Counted from the first letter of the stretch, positions 54,518 through 64,000 are shown. The stretch is 64,000 nt of DNA from Candidatus Latescibacterota bacterium (GCA_965200315.1 OZ241362.1:5088001-5152000), one strand, 5' to 3'. A program made the numbers and translations. The notes: generated by a model from the letters alone, not told the origin.

Positions 54518-55246
54518 GTGACTGAGAACAGAGAAGTTATGCTACAGAATTACACCCGGCGCGAATTTCGCCAAGGTCTTGAGGCCGGGAGATTCAAGGC
54601 CGCTGTCATCCCCACCGGCAGCATTGAGCAGCACCTCGAACACCTGCCCTTTGAACACGATATCGCCTCGTCAACTTGGGTGGCGCGCCAAGCGGCTCTG
54701 AACATGTACCCAAAAGTGATCGTGGCCGTGCCCATGGCCGTGGGTATTTCCGAGCACCACATGAAGCACAAGGGCAGCCTCACGGCCAAGCCGGGCTCGT
54801 GGCTGTCAGTACTCTTCGATGCGGTGGAGTGTTTTGCCCGCCACGGCATTGAGAACATCCTAATCCTCAATGGTCACGGCGGCAATGTGCAACCCGTAAA
54901 TAGCATACTCCGTCAGTGGCGTCTCTTTTTTGAATCCACAGCTCCGGGGGTGAATCTGCACTTCCACCCTTATTGGAACTTAATTCCGCGGGCGCTCATC
55001 GACGAGCACATGGTCACCAAAAGCGCGCCGGGACACGCCACGGAATTCGAAACCTCGTTGGCGATGCACATGTTCCCGGAGAAAGTCCGGCGGGACGCCA
55101 TGCAGGATCAGGAAGACCAGACACCCTTGGAGGCTAGTGCGGAAAAGGGAAGGATTTTGTCCGAAGAAGCAGTCAAGCGGACCGTGGAATACCTCGAGGC
55201 GATGATGGAGGGGAAAACCCTATTGGAAGTGGGGGAGCGATACTAG
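54518..55246 (+). CDS. Creatininase family amidohydrolase
   Basis: AAGGAGG Shine-Dalgarno and GTG 54518; PTGSIEQH..HLP...D, GISEHH, NGHGGN, GHATEFETS, ASAEKG. Confidence 0.88.
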   Translation: MTENREVMLQNYTRREFRQGLEAGRFKAAVIPTGSIEQHLEHLPFEHDIASSTWVARQAALNMYPKVIVAVPMAVGISEHHMKHKGSLTAKPGSWLSVLFDAVECFARHGIENILILNGHGGNVQPVNSILRQWRLFFESTAPGVNLHFHPYWNLIPRALIDEHMVTKSAPGHATEFETSLAMHMFPEKVRRDAMQDQEDQTPLEASAEKGRILSEEAVKRTVEYLEAMMEGKTLLEVGERY

Positions 55247-55258
55247 CAGAACTACCTA

Positions 55259-55298
55259 GGGGCATCCGCAGGCCATTGCAAGCCGCATCGGATGCCCC
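55259..55298. terminator. Hairpin between convergent genes
   Basis: GGGGCATCCG (55259-55268) / CGGATGCCCC (55289-55298), perfect 10-bp inverted repeat; no clear U-tract. Confidence 0.5.
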
Positions 55299-55334
55299 CA
55301 GTCAGTTGCTTATCGCTTGTTCAAGTGCGTTTGG

Positions 55335-55892
55335 CTAGAAGCGACTTTTGAGCTGTCCCCAAGATTGGTCTTCAACTGCCGTAGAAGCGGAGCCCGGATA
55401 ATAGCCAGCGCCTAAAACAAAATCTTGGCCGAGGGCGGAATAGGGGATGGCGTAGCTCACTTTAGGGGAACCAGGGTCTCCTTCTACTGACGGATCGGGC
55501 CAAATATACTCGACGTAGCCGCCTCCATCAGCCGCCACTGCGATGAGCTCTTGGACAATTTTGACTCCGTTGGTGTCTTCGAGGTCAATCAAGTTTTGGC
55601 CCTCGAAGTCTGGATTAGCTCCGTGCAGGATGAAGAGACCTTCAGTAGAAAAAACAAAGAGGTAGATGGCCCCTTGGTTCCAAGGTCCTTCGGTTCTGAA
55701 TTCCTGCAAGACACCCAGGTACTCGGGAAGGCTTGTGGCGTTATCCGCGTACGCCTTAGCGGTGTATACAAAGGCCTTCAGGGTTTCCCGGTCCACTACC
55801 TCACTGGCCGTTATCTCCTCGTCTTGGGCGATGGCGGGATGCGCGACGGGCAAGACGCTGGCCAGCATGAGTACTGCTGTCAGACGCTTCAT
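55335..55892 (-). CDS. Secreted stand-alone Cache domain protein with STAVE..SWGQLK tail
   Basis: AAAGGAG Shine-Dalgarno and ATG 55892; signal peptide; YLFV, GQNLIDLEDTNGVKIVQEL, GGGYVEYIW, KVSYA, GAGYY. Confidence 0.8.
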   Translation of the reverse strand: MKRLTAVLMLASVLPVAHPAIAQDEEITASEVVDRETLKAFVYTAKAYADNATSLPEYLGVLQEFRTEGPWNQGAIYLFVFSTEGLFILHGANPDFEGQNLIDLEDTNGVKIVQELIAVAADGGGYVEYIWPDPSVEGDPGSPKVSYAIPYSALGQDFVLGAGYYPGSASTAVEDQSWGQLKSRF

Positions 55893-56044
55893 GATGATCT
55901 CCTTTATTTGGATTTGGCCAATTATGGCACATAATATACGCCATATACGCCCGATTCCAAAAAAATCCATCAAATAAGCCCACCTGTAAAAGACGTGTTC
56001 CCCAGACGGCTCAATGCGGTTATCTCTTGATAATTACCCGATTG

Positions 56045-56360
56045 TCCGCTTTGCGACGATGGCACCTTCCCAGACGCTACCTCCTCGACGTCAGATACAT
56101 CGTCAACGCGGCCATCTATCCGGCCGTCTGTTCCTACTATAATAGTCTGCGGGGAGGTCTGGACGATTCCGTTCGTTTTGCATCTCGTAATTGATCGGAT
56201 AAGAGACTATCGAGTTGGCCCATTCATAGGTGAGCAGCCCTTTTCGTCGAGTGGGACTTCGTTGGTGACGGGCGTTTGCTGGTACTCGAAGGTGATGTTG
56301 CGATGCTCTGCAGCATTCGCTAGTGTGGAGGTGACGCGGGTGGGGAGTGGTGCCATGAGA
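56045..56360 (-). pseudogene. Degraded TlpA/redoxin-like gene, copy 2
   Basis: DNA similarity to 53830-54355 (exact 22-mer cgacgatggcaccttcccagac; gcagcccttttcgt); ITFEYQQTP. Confidence 0.5.
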
Positions 56361-56381
56361 TGGAGCTTCCGGTTAAAATTA

Positions 56382-56411
56382 TTGACAAGCTGATGAGGCC
56401 AAACGTAGCTT
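56382..56411 (+). promoter_or_regulatory. Putative sigma70 promoter
   Basis: TTGACA-18 nt-TAGCTT with AT-rich upstream tract, about 50 nt before the ATG at 56463. Confidence 0.45.
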
Positions 56412-56462
56412 AACCCCGACAACAGGGCCAACCTTCCCATCCGCCGAAAGAGGGGGTGCAAA

Positions 56463-57641
56463 ATGACTACCGAGCAATCTCCGGTGAAGGAGACCTACCG
56501 AGCCACAGCTTTTGCCGACTCCAAACCCGAACTCGCTGCTCCCGGAGCCACGCCCGAGCGGTTGGAACACTTGCGGGAGCATGGTTTCGTCATCATCACC
56601 GACTTTGTCGATAACCCGTGGATTCCCGTGCTCCGCGAGGCTGGTCGCCGCGTCACCGAAGCGTGTGCGCCCGAGCATGGTTACAGTAAGATCGACTGCT
56701 CAAAGGGCTACGTACATCGCGCCGGCGGCAATGAGCCGTGGGCGATTCGGGGGCTCATCCATCCCGCCTTTGAGGAGCCTTGCTTTGCCGAGTTCCACGG
56801 CTCGGACGATTTCCTCAATTTCGTCGCCTCTTGGTGCGATGGGCTTGGGCCCGAAGATATGACGCTGAGTGGTCTGCTGCTGTGGTGCAATCCCCGACGG
56901 CACGAGAATGGGCCGAGTTGGCACCGCGACGTGACGTGGTGGGGCGAGGGCAAGCCCTATTTTTCTCAGCGAGACAACCGAGGGGAAAGCCCGGAGGATT
57001 ATTCCGCAGAAGTCGAAAAAGTCCGCTGGGCAGAAATCCGCGCCAATAATGCCAAGTCGCTCGCGGAGCGAAACGGCGTGAGCATGTTCTTGGCACTGGT
57101 GGACGACGAGTGCCACGAACTCATCCCCGGCAGCCACGAGCGCTGGCGTACGCCGTTTGAGCACGACGTGCTCTTGCCGCAATCCATGAAGGACCAAGGG
57201 GTGCCACACACGCCTAGCTGGAATAGGAAGGACCCGTTGCCGGGCCAAGTGGCGATCCGGCTCAAGCCCGGGGAAGCCCTCATCCGCAATGGGGTCACGA
57301 TCCACACCGGGCACACCGTCCCCGAGCGCGAGCGCAACACCTTGTCCATCGGCTGGTCGAAGTGGTCGGGTCCGTTTGCCGGGGAGCCGGCGGTGGCGGA
57401 CGCGCGCAGTGCGTGGCAACTCGATCCTGCGGTGCGAGAAGCATTGCCGCACGAGTGGATGAAGACGGCGTGGGACCGTTGGGCTGAAACCCAGCAGTTA
57501 GGGGATACGCTCGAAGATCGGTACGCGGGGTTTGATATCCAGCGCATCAAAGCGGGGGAGGTCGTGGGTTGGCGCAGCGAGTTGGAACGCGAGGCGGCTG
57601 CCGCTGGCGAGGCGTGGGAGCGGTTTCAGACGGTGGTGTGA
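56463..57641 (+). CDS. PhyH family Fe/2OG dioxygenase (canonical HxD)
   Basis: LREHGFVII, WHRD, IPGSH, LKPGEALI..TIHTG, ERNTL. Confidence 0.78.
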   Translation: MTTEQSPVKETYRATAFADSKPELAAPGATPERLEHLREHGFVIITDFVDNPWIPVLREAGRRVTEACAPEHGYSKIDCSKGYVHRAGGNEPWAIRGLIHPAFEEPCFAEFHGSDDFLNFVASWCDGLGPEDMTLSGLLLWCNPRRHENGPSWHRDVTWWGEGKPYFSQRDNRGESPEDYSAEVEKVRWAEIRANNAKSLAERNGVSMFLALVDDECHELIPGSHERWRTPFEHDVLLPQSMKDQGVPHTPSWNRKDPLPGQVAIRLKPGEALIRNGVTIHTGHTVPERERNTLSIGWSKWSGPFAGEPAVADARSAWQLDPAVREALPHEWMKTAWDRWAETQQLGDTLEDRYAGFDIQRIKAGEVVGWRSELEREAAAAGEAWERFQTVV

Positions 57642-57717
57642 GGTGCGATAGGACTTGTCTTTTTATACATTTTTTCGTCCATAAGGATCAATCCCAATAA
57701 GTGGAGGAGAATATATA

Positions 57718-59640
57718 GTGGAACTTATTCTTGTTTTATGTGCCGTAGCAACTGTTGGCGGTTCCGTTGCCATAGTAGGACGGAAATATGGCCTAAAAAG
57801 AGAGGTAGACGGCCAAGCCCGAGCTGTGCGTACACCACGGGACTTGGGGGCCTTGGTACTGGCTGAGCGGTTTGGCCAGCCCGACCCTCAATCTGAAGAC
57901 CGAGCCGATAATAACGGTGTACAGGGTGCGGATTCTGTCGTTGATGAATCAGATGATTCAACTTCTGCCTTTTCTTCGTATGCCGCTCCTCCACCATCCG
58001 TACCCTCCTTCGCCGTTAAACGACCCCAAGATCCTTATGCTGCGCTTACTGCTGCTGCACAGGGTGCTTGGTTCGGTAAGGACGCTCTCCAGAACTTGAT
58101 GAGCATAGACGAACATGTGTACACGGCTATGAGCCAGCTTGCCGGAAGACAGCTTGAATCGGTAGGGGACCTACATAACGAACTTTCAGGTTGGCCCTCG
58201 GCAGAGATAGGGGAAGCACTTCCTGAAGGGGCTTTGAACAAGCTAATGGGCCATTTAGCTGAACCCATTGTTGGCCAGCATATAGAAGATTTAGGCATCC
58301 CGGTAAAGATGCCAGACCTATCTAACCAATCGGGATATGACCTAATACTGAATGGAGAACATGCGGTTAATGTTAAAACCGTTGCCGACGTCAGTTCGCT
58401 CTCTGATCATTTTGAACGGTACCCCGATATTCCTGTTGTCGTGCCCGGAGATATGGCAGGCATACCTGAAAATGCCATCCATCTTGATGCGGCCGGTTCT
58501 CTCGACCAACTCGACGCAAGGGTGAATTTAGGCGAAGAGAATATCGTCCTAGTGGATGACGCCCTGTCCCACGCTGAGATGATGGAACATACCGAAAGTG
58601 TAAGCGATGCGCTTTTGGATAATATAGATGTGGGTGGCCTCCCATTTATTACATTAGCCCTCTCCAGTTACCGAGAGGTCAAACTGTTAAAAAATAGCGA
58701 CACCGATACAACTAATGCCGTGAAGAATATCGGGCTGGACCTCGCTGGGACAGGCGGCGGAGCCGCTGCTGGAGCCGCTGTTGGAGCCGCTGCTGGCTCT
58801 ATAGTTCCAGTCATTGGCACGACCATTGGGGCTATCGTTGGTGGCATTGCAGGTGCCATAGGGGGCCGCAAAGCCACCAACGCTATCAAAGAGCAACCTT
58901 TTCAAGATGCCCACCAAGCCTACCAGAATACGATGAGTGAAGCGAAGGAGAAAATTGCTACAGTACAGGCGGAAGCTAAAGAGCAGTACACTCAGACGGT
59001 AGAAAGCGAAGAAAAAAGCCTCGCCCAAACTGTGGCGAGTAGCAAACGCAAGGTCCAGCAGTGGCAAAATGCTTTAGTCAAGGAGCGAAAAGATGGCTAT
59101 GAGCTTGAATCGGCAGAGGCACGACAGCTCTTAAAGACTGCTCTCGACGACCTGTCATCGCACACCACTAGCGTCCGAGCCCAGCTAGCCAATATACCCT
59201 CTTGGAAACAGACGTTCTGGCCCGACGGATACACTGTTTTGCTCCAGCAGTCTGTCCAACATCTCGAAAAACTGACCGATATCCTTACAGAAAAGGCGCG
59301 ATTGATCTTGTATGATAAACCATCGCCGAAGCTGACGGGAGACCATGCCGAATCTTTCCTACAGCTCCTATTGGCCGTCGATGGTGCAACGCCTAATATC
59401 CGTGAGTTAATCGTCGCTCACGAAGAACGTCGCCAAGATCGAGAAGCCCGATGGCGTGCCAATATAGAGCAGATTCGGCTCGAGGTCGCAGATCGCAGAT
59501 ATCAATGTTTCCAAAAACTCGCCGAAACCGTTGAAGAGTTGCAAAAAAGGACAGAAGCAACGATAAAACCTCTCGTTAAAAAAGTAGAAAATGCCTCGAA
59601 ATCTGTACGCACTGAGGCCGCTCGGCTAGGCAAAACGTAG
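57718..59640 (+). CDS. Hypothetical membrane-anchored protein with nuclease-like motif, glycine zipper and coiled coil
   Basis: GGAGGA Shine-Dalgarno; N-terminal TM; GHLAE...NQSGYDL..VNVK; Gly/Ala-rich hydrophobic hairpin; helical C-terminus; lower GC than flanks. Confidence 0.7.
   Translation: MELILVLCAVATVGGSVAIVGRKYGLKREVDGQARAVRTPRDLGALVLAERFGQPDPQSEDRADNNGVQGADSVVDESDDSTSAFSSYAAPPPSVPSFAVKRPQDPYAALTAAAQGAWFGKDALQNLMSIDEHVYTAMSQLAGRQLESVGDLHNELSGWPSAEIGEALPEGALNKLMGHLAEPIVGQHIEDLGIPVKMPDLSNQSGYDLILNGEHAVNVKTVADVSSLSDHFERYPDIPVVVPGDMAGIPENAIHLDAAGSLDQLDARVNLGEENIVLVDDALSHAEMMEHTESVSDALLDNIDVGGLPFITLALSSYREVKLLKNSDTDTTNAVKNIGLDLAGTGGGAAAGAAVGAAAGSIVPVIGTTIGAIVGGIAGAIGGRKATNAIKEQPFQDAHQAYQNTMSEAKEKIATVQAEAKEQYTQTVESEEKSLAQTVASSKRKVQQWQNALVKERKDGYELESAEARQLLKTALDDLSSHTTSVRAQLANIPSWKQTFWPDGYTVLLQQSVQHLEKLTDILTEKARLILYDKPSPKLTGDHAESFLQLLLAVDGATPNIRELIVAHEERRQDREARWRANIEQIRLEVADRRYQCFQKLAETVEELQKRTEATIKPLVKKVENASKSVRTEAARLGKT
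58759..58794 (+). repeat. 3 x 12-bp tandem repeat (GGAGCCGCTG(C/T)T)
   Basis: Encodes GAAA-GAAV-GAAA in the glycine zipper. Confidence 0.8.
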
Positions 59641-59793
59641 TATTGAGATGCGGAAGAAGCTCAAATACACTACCCGGATGAAGCCGCTGAACTCGAAGTC
59701 ATCGCCTATGCAGCTTAGAAAGCTGAAGTGTATCGTTGATCTTGCTGACGCCTTGAGGATGTTATGAAATGGATCCCCAATCTGCGTTACCCG

Positions 59794-60642
59794 CTAAGTG
59801 GGGTATGCTGATTTCTTTTTGGCTAGCCCGGCCTTGCGCTCGACAAATGCTTGGGGTGGGGGCGTCAGAATCGCACGTTTGCGCTCGTCGATTCCTTCCC
59901 ATTGGTCGGCGTCCGTTGGGCTGAAAAAATTATCCGGGCCCGAATAGGCCTCCCCGCGCTCTGTGTATTTGTAAAAGAGCGTGGTCCGCGTGCTCGGTGC
60001 CGTCCACGGCAGAGTGACGTGAAAAAGAGCCTCGGTGAAGATAATGGCGGTGCCAGCGCGGGCCGGTACGCGCGTGACCATCGGATGTACGCCCTTGGAC
60101 AAATCGATCCACGCTTCCGGGACGGGATAATGTCCCTTGTGCGAGCCCGCCAAACAGCCGAATCCACCCCCGTTACAAATAGTATCCTCTAGTTCGTACG
60201 CCACGGTGACCAGACCGTTGGAGAACGTCCCGCTTGCGGGATCGCGCGCGAAGTAATGCGTGACTAGCTCGTGCGGCCGATTGGGATGTAGCAAGCGGCC
60301 GTTGCCGCCGTGGATGATGCCTCCGGCGAGATTTTTGTTGAAGGTGCCGTGCGTGTGGACGTTGATGTGGTCGATGCGGAAGGGCGGGAGCACTCCGGCA
60401 CGTTGATCGCCGTAAATCTCGGCTAGAATTTTTGAAATCACCGGAACGTCCAGTAAATCGACGAAAGCCTGCGACCAGAAGCCGCCGCGGTCCGCGTGCT
60501 GCGAGTGGAGTTCCGGGCCTTTTGCAGCGACCGTGGTCTTGAGGTCGGCAACCTGCTCGGGGGTAATCGCGTCCGCCACTGTGAGGAAGCCCCACGTATC
60601 AAAAGCAAAGCGCTGTTCCTCATTCATATTCAAAAAGTCCAC
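59794..60642 (-). CDS. PhyH family Fe/2OG enzyme
   Basis: FDTWGFLTV, IHGG, GGFGCLAGSHK, AGTAIIFTEALFH, RTTLFYKY; start may be the ATG at 60627. Confidence 0.82.
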   Translation of the reverse strand: MDFLNMNEEQRFAFDTWGFLTVADAITPEQVADLKTTVAAKGPELHSQHADRGGFWSQAFVDLLDVPVISKILAEIYGDQRAGVLPPFRIDHINVHTHGTFNKNLAGGIIHGGNGRLLHPNRPHELVTHYFARDPASGTFSNGLVTVAYELEDTICNGGGFGCLAGSHKGHYPVPEAWIDLSKGVHPMVTRVPARAGTAIIFTEALFHVTLPWTAPSTRTTLFYKYTERGEAYSGPDNFFSPTDADQWEGIDERKRAILTPPPQAFVERKAGLAKKKSAYPT

Positions 60643-60820
60643 TTATTGGTTGGAATTCGGCTGGCGAGGTGTGATTTAGCTGCGGCTACATTGTAGTACA
60701 CTCGCTGGAGACCTTGGCGACTAGAAAGCAGAATAAAGGAGCTTTGTTGATAATCAGTCAAGTTTTTGGCAGCTTTTTGCCGGGCGATCCATCTCACCCG
60801 CCACAATCACAGGAGTCTCT

Positions 60821-62827
60821 ATGCAAGCTCTCACTTCTCGCGCTCCCACCCTCCCGCCGACCCCGCACCCGCGCGTGGCCTATTACGATTTGGGCATCCC
60901 CTTTGTCGGTGCTGTGTGGAGCGGCTTCTCAATCACCTACGACCCGGCCACTGGGCACACCTTGGCTTGGGGGGCCGAGTTTTCCCAAGATGGGGCCTAC
61001 TACTTTTGCAACGACCTCGACACCGGCCGCTTGGAAGTCTTTCCCATGCCTTGCCGCGAGCACGGCCCGGTCTTTCAGGCCGAAGACGGCACCATTTACG
61101 CCCGGATCATGTCCGGCCTGTCGGCCGACCACGGCCACCATCTCATGGTATTTGACGCTCAGGCCCGCACCTTCAGCAATCTGGGGCGTCCCGCCCCCGG
61201 CGATCAGCGCCTCCTGTGCATGGAGGAGCGCGACGGCCTGTTGTACATGGGCGGCCACGAACTGGCTGAACTGTTCTGCTACGACCCGCAAAAGCGGTGC
61301 TTTGACAAGCTCTGCCGCCCATTTGCCCCACCCACCGACCGCCTAGTGAACATCCAATTGCTGCCCGACGGTCGGCTGCTGCTCAGCGGCTACCCGGCTG
61401 TCCCGGCCAAGCTCTACGATGTGGAAAGCGGTCAGTTGAGCGATGTGCCGACCGCAGCCAAGGGGATTGCAAGCGCGGTATCCGAAGGGGATCGCCTGTT
61501 TTTGACCGCTGGCGAGCAAATGCGTGTCCTCAACGCCGATTTTACCGAAGTGGCCCGCCTCGACAGTCCCGTTGCTGGCGCGGTGCTCGTGCCCTTGGCC
61601 TTGGGCCGCAATAGCCGCGCCAGTGATCGCGAGGTGGTGTACGCTTGGGCTGGGGATCAATTGGTGGCTATCGACGCCCAGACCTTGGACCTCCGCTTCA
61701 TTTGCCAAGGTCCTTTCACCGGCATATCGGGGCTGAGCAAAGACGGCCATTTGGTCTTTGCCCAAGTTGAGGAAGGCTGCGCCACTATCGTCAATTCCGA
61801 TACCGGCGACCGGGAAGAGCGCAGTTTTGAGGTCTATCGAGGCCGCCGCGGCGGCGCGGTATGCGCCTTAGGTAGAGGGCCGGAGGGCAAAATTTACGGC
61901 ACCAACATCTACGGCATGCACCTGTGCGCCATAGACCCCGAGACCGATGCCATAGAGGATTTGGGGTACACTTGGTCCGGCGGCGAACTCTACCACGTTC
62001 ACGCCCACAAAGACAAGCTCTACGTCGGCAGCTACGGCGGCTCCAACATCGGCGTGTACGACCCGAATAGGCCGTGGAACCCCGGCTCGGAGCGCGACAG
62101 CAATCCGCGCAACTGGGGTCCGTTGGGCCAAAACCAGAACCGCCCCTTTGAGGCGGTGACCGGCCCCGACGGCCGCATTTATGTGGCCAACCGCAGCAAT
62201 TATGGCGTTCCCGGCGGCTCGTTGGCTTCGTACGATCCCGATACTGGTCTCGAGCACCGGGAAATCTACCGCGACCCCGAGCAAAGTGTGCAATGCGTGG
62301 CCGCGGATCAGCACTATGTGTACGGAGGCACCAGCATTTACGGGGGACGCGGCTCGCAGATCACCACCCGCGACGGCTTGTTATTCGTCTTTGACCCCCA
62401 GACGAAACAGCGCATTTGCCAACTCCGCCCGGTCGAAGGGGCCAATACGGTCACCAGTTTGGCCGTCCATCCCTCGGGACTGGTTTTTGGCACTACGGAC
62501 AATCGCCGCTTGTTCGCGTTTGACCCGGAGCGGTTTGTGGTAGAAGACGTGCTGGGTCCCCTGCGCTCGGAGGGGACCAGATTGATGGGTGTGCCCGAAG
62601 GGGTGGAGATGTTCCCGCTGATCTGCGCCGCCGACGGCTTTATCTACGGCCTGACGCGCTTTGACCTGTTCCGCCTAGACGGCTCGTCCCGCGTCCTGAC
62701 CTATCTCAACGATCCGCCCCTGCCCGAACTTTACGCTCTGACCGAAGGGAATCCCGGGGTGCTCTACATGAGCGCCGGCACCCACGTCATTAAGTGCCTG
62801 CTGAGGCCGCCGCCCTTTTACCGCTAA
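60821..62827 (+). CDS. Hypothetical beta-propeller repeat protein
   Basis: AGGAG Shine-Dalgarno; repeats such as GPEGKIYG, YDP..PW..SNP, GPDGRIY, YGGTS; no signal peptide. Confidence 0.7.
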   Translation: MQALTSRAPTLPPTPHPRVAYYDLGIPFVGAVWSGFSITYDPATGHTLAWGAEFSQDGAYYFCNDLDTGRLEVFPMPCREHGPVFQAEDGTIYARIMSGLSADHGHHLMVFDAQARTFSNLGRPAPGDQRLLCMEERDGLLYMGGHELAELFCYDPQKRCFDKLCRPFAPPTDRLVNIQLLPDGRLLLSGYPAVPAKLYDVESGQLSDVPTAAKGIASAVSEGDRLFLTAGEQMRVLNADFTEVARLDSPVAGAVLVPLALGRNSRASDREVVYAWAGDQLVAIDAQTLDLRFICQGPFTGISGLSKDGHLVFAQVEEGCATIVNSDTGDREERSFEVYRGRRGGAVCALGRGPEGKIYGTNIYGMHLCAIDPETDAIEDLGYTWSGGELYHVHAHKDKLYVGSYGGSNIGVYDPNRPWNPGSERDSNPRNWGPLGQNQNRPFEAVTGPDGRIYVANRSNYGVPGGSLASYDPDTGLEHREIYRDPEQSVQCVAADQHYVYGGTSIYGGRGSQITTRDGLLFVFDPQTKQRICQLRPVEGANTVTSLAVHPSGLVFGTTDNRRLFAFDPERFVVEDVLGPLRSEGTRLMGVPEGVEMFPLICAADGFIYGLTRFDLFRLDGSSRVLTYLNDPPLPELYALTEGNPGVLYMSAGTHVIKCLLRPPPFYR

Positions 62828-63606
62828 AGCTCAATGGCTTCCCGCACCACTTGTCCGGCCCAATCCGGTGCTGGTGCCACGTTTAGTAAAGCGGCAATGG
62901 TCGTCGGGTTGTCGATGATGCTCACCGGCTCCTGTAGGCGTCGCCCGGCGGCCACCGACGGACCGGCGATTAGCCACGGAATGGTCATGTCCTCGTCCAT
63001 TTCCGTGCCGTGGGTGCGCTCGTGCCCTCCGTGGTCGCTGGTGACGATGGCCACGGTTTCTTCTTGGACTGCCTCCAGCACCGCGCCAATGGCTGTATCG
63101 GCCCGCCCAATAGTGGCCAGATATTCGGCCGACATCCAGCCGTGGTCGTGGCCGGCTATATCGGTGCAGCCTAGATAGACAAAGGCGAAATCGGGCGTCC
63201 ATTCCCGCAGCGTCGCCGCGGCCAAGCTGGCCAATTCCCAATCGCCGTCCGGCTCGTGGCAGTTGTTCATATAGTAAGAGCGGTCCAGCGAGCCTGGGTC
63301 GGCCAGATCGCGGAGTTGTTCCCAGTTGTAGAAGAAGGCCGTGCGCTTGCCAGCTCGATGCAGCACGTCAACTAGGCTGGGCACGGGTCTGACTTGGGGC
63401 ACCCAAGTGTTGGTGGTAATGCCGTGCCGTTGTGGGGTTACGCCGCGAAACATGGAGGTGTGGCAGGGCAAGGTGGACGAGGGCATCACGGTGCGAGCTG
63501 CATAGGTAGTGGCACCCCGGCTGATCAAGCGATCGACGTGGGGGGTGGCGGCCTGTTGCAAGCCGTCGGGCCGCAGTCCGTCGAGGACAAAGAGAATGAC
63601 GCGCAT
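62824..63606 (-). CDS. Alkaline phosphatase superfamily / nucleotide pyrophosphatase-like protein
   Basis: VLDGLRPD, PSSTLPCHTSMFRG, D..GH..GW, TSDHGG, HG. Confidence 0.85.
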   Translation of the reverse strand: MRVILFVLDGLRPDGLQQAATPHVDRLISRGATTYAARTVMPSSTLPCHTSMFRGVTPQRHGITTNTWVPQVRPVPSLVDVLHRAGKRTAFFYNWEQLRDLADPGSLDRSYYMNNCHEPDGDWELASLAAATLREWTPDFAFVYLGCTDIAGHDHGWMSAEYLATIGRADTAIGAVLEAVQEETVAIVTSDHGGHERTHGTEMDEDMTIPWLIAGPSVAAGRRLQEPVSIIDNPTTIAALLNVAPAPDWAGQVVREAIEL

Positions 63607-63641
63607 GGGATTCCTTTCTTTGGGGGGCGATAGCTACTTTT

Positions 63642-64000
63642 TTACGCGCTGGCGCACAGCGTTGCGTCGTGCGGTTGCAGTGGATATCTCGGTACTACAC
63701 CTTGGTTGACGATGTTTTCCGGCGCTGGCCAGTGGCCCTTGAGGACGGAGGCCAGATTGCAGACGCCCGTGCGCGCCACATCTTCGCTAGACTGCACCGA
63801 GTGGGCGGAGACGTGGGACGTCATCAGGACGTTGTCCAGCGCCATGAGGGGATGCTGCAAGGTCTGATCCTCGTCCGTGAACACGTTGAGCCACTCGTAG
63901 GTGTCCAGCGCCGCGCCGGCCAGTGGCCCATCCCGCAGGACTCTCACCAGCGCATCTTCATCCACCAAGGCACCGCGGGACGTGTTGATTAGGTAGGACC
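63642..64000 (-). CDS. D-isomer-specific 2-hydroxyacid dehydrogenase, C-terminal part (starts beyond window)
   Basis: YLINTSRGALVDEDAL..LAGAALD..HPL..NVLMTSHVSAHS. Confidence 0.85.
   Translation of the reverse strand, partial: SYLINTSRGALVDEDALVRVLRDGPLAGAALDTYEWLNVFTDEDQTLQHPLMALDNVLMTSHVSAHSVQSSEDVARTGVCNLASVLKGHWPAPENIVNQGVVPRYPLQPHDATLCASA

Noticed and set aside
54518-55246. Mycofactocin peptidase MftE
   Set aside because: General creatininase motifs only; no mftA/B/C genes nearby.
1-64000. CRISPR arrays, tRNA/rRNA genes, and the many overlapping ORFs in the track
   Set aside because: No regularly spaced repeats or RNA gene signatures seen by eye; the overlapping ORFs are antisense or alternative-frame artefacts of high GC with no motifs.

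Overview
GC-rich bacterial window; the gene content suggests (inference only) a Latescibacterota/Poribacteria-like or related lineage. (1) 1-19023: a minus-strand, largely translationally coupled cluster of unknown function. It encodes six secreted PQQ/BamB-like beta-propellers, an EhpF-like adenylating enzyme, an ALDH/LuxC-like reductase, an Fe-alcohol dehydrogenase, a HemN-like radical SAM enzyme, a TonB receptor, a PaaK-like CoA ligase and a flavin halogenase-like oxidoreductase. This is the best candidate for an undescribed system. (2) 20364-32152: a layered anti-phage island that becomes AT-rich towards its 3' end (PLD-SNF2 helicase, type IIG-like N6 methylase, frameshifted ABC-ATPase-HEPN, PARIS-like AAA+TOPRIM pair, ApeA-like HEPN). 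(3) 32257-64000: metabolic and envelope genes, including four PhyH-family dioxygenases with divergent iron motifs, a sulfation locus, a sulfatase, a creatininase and a Cache protein with an SWGxxK tail. These are interspersed with toxin-antitoxin debris, gene remnants, REP hairpins and a MITE-like element. No rRNA, tRNA, CRISPR array or intact transposase/integrase was recognised. All calls come from motif recognition by eye; no searches were run.
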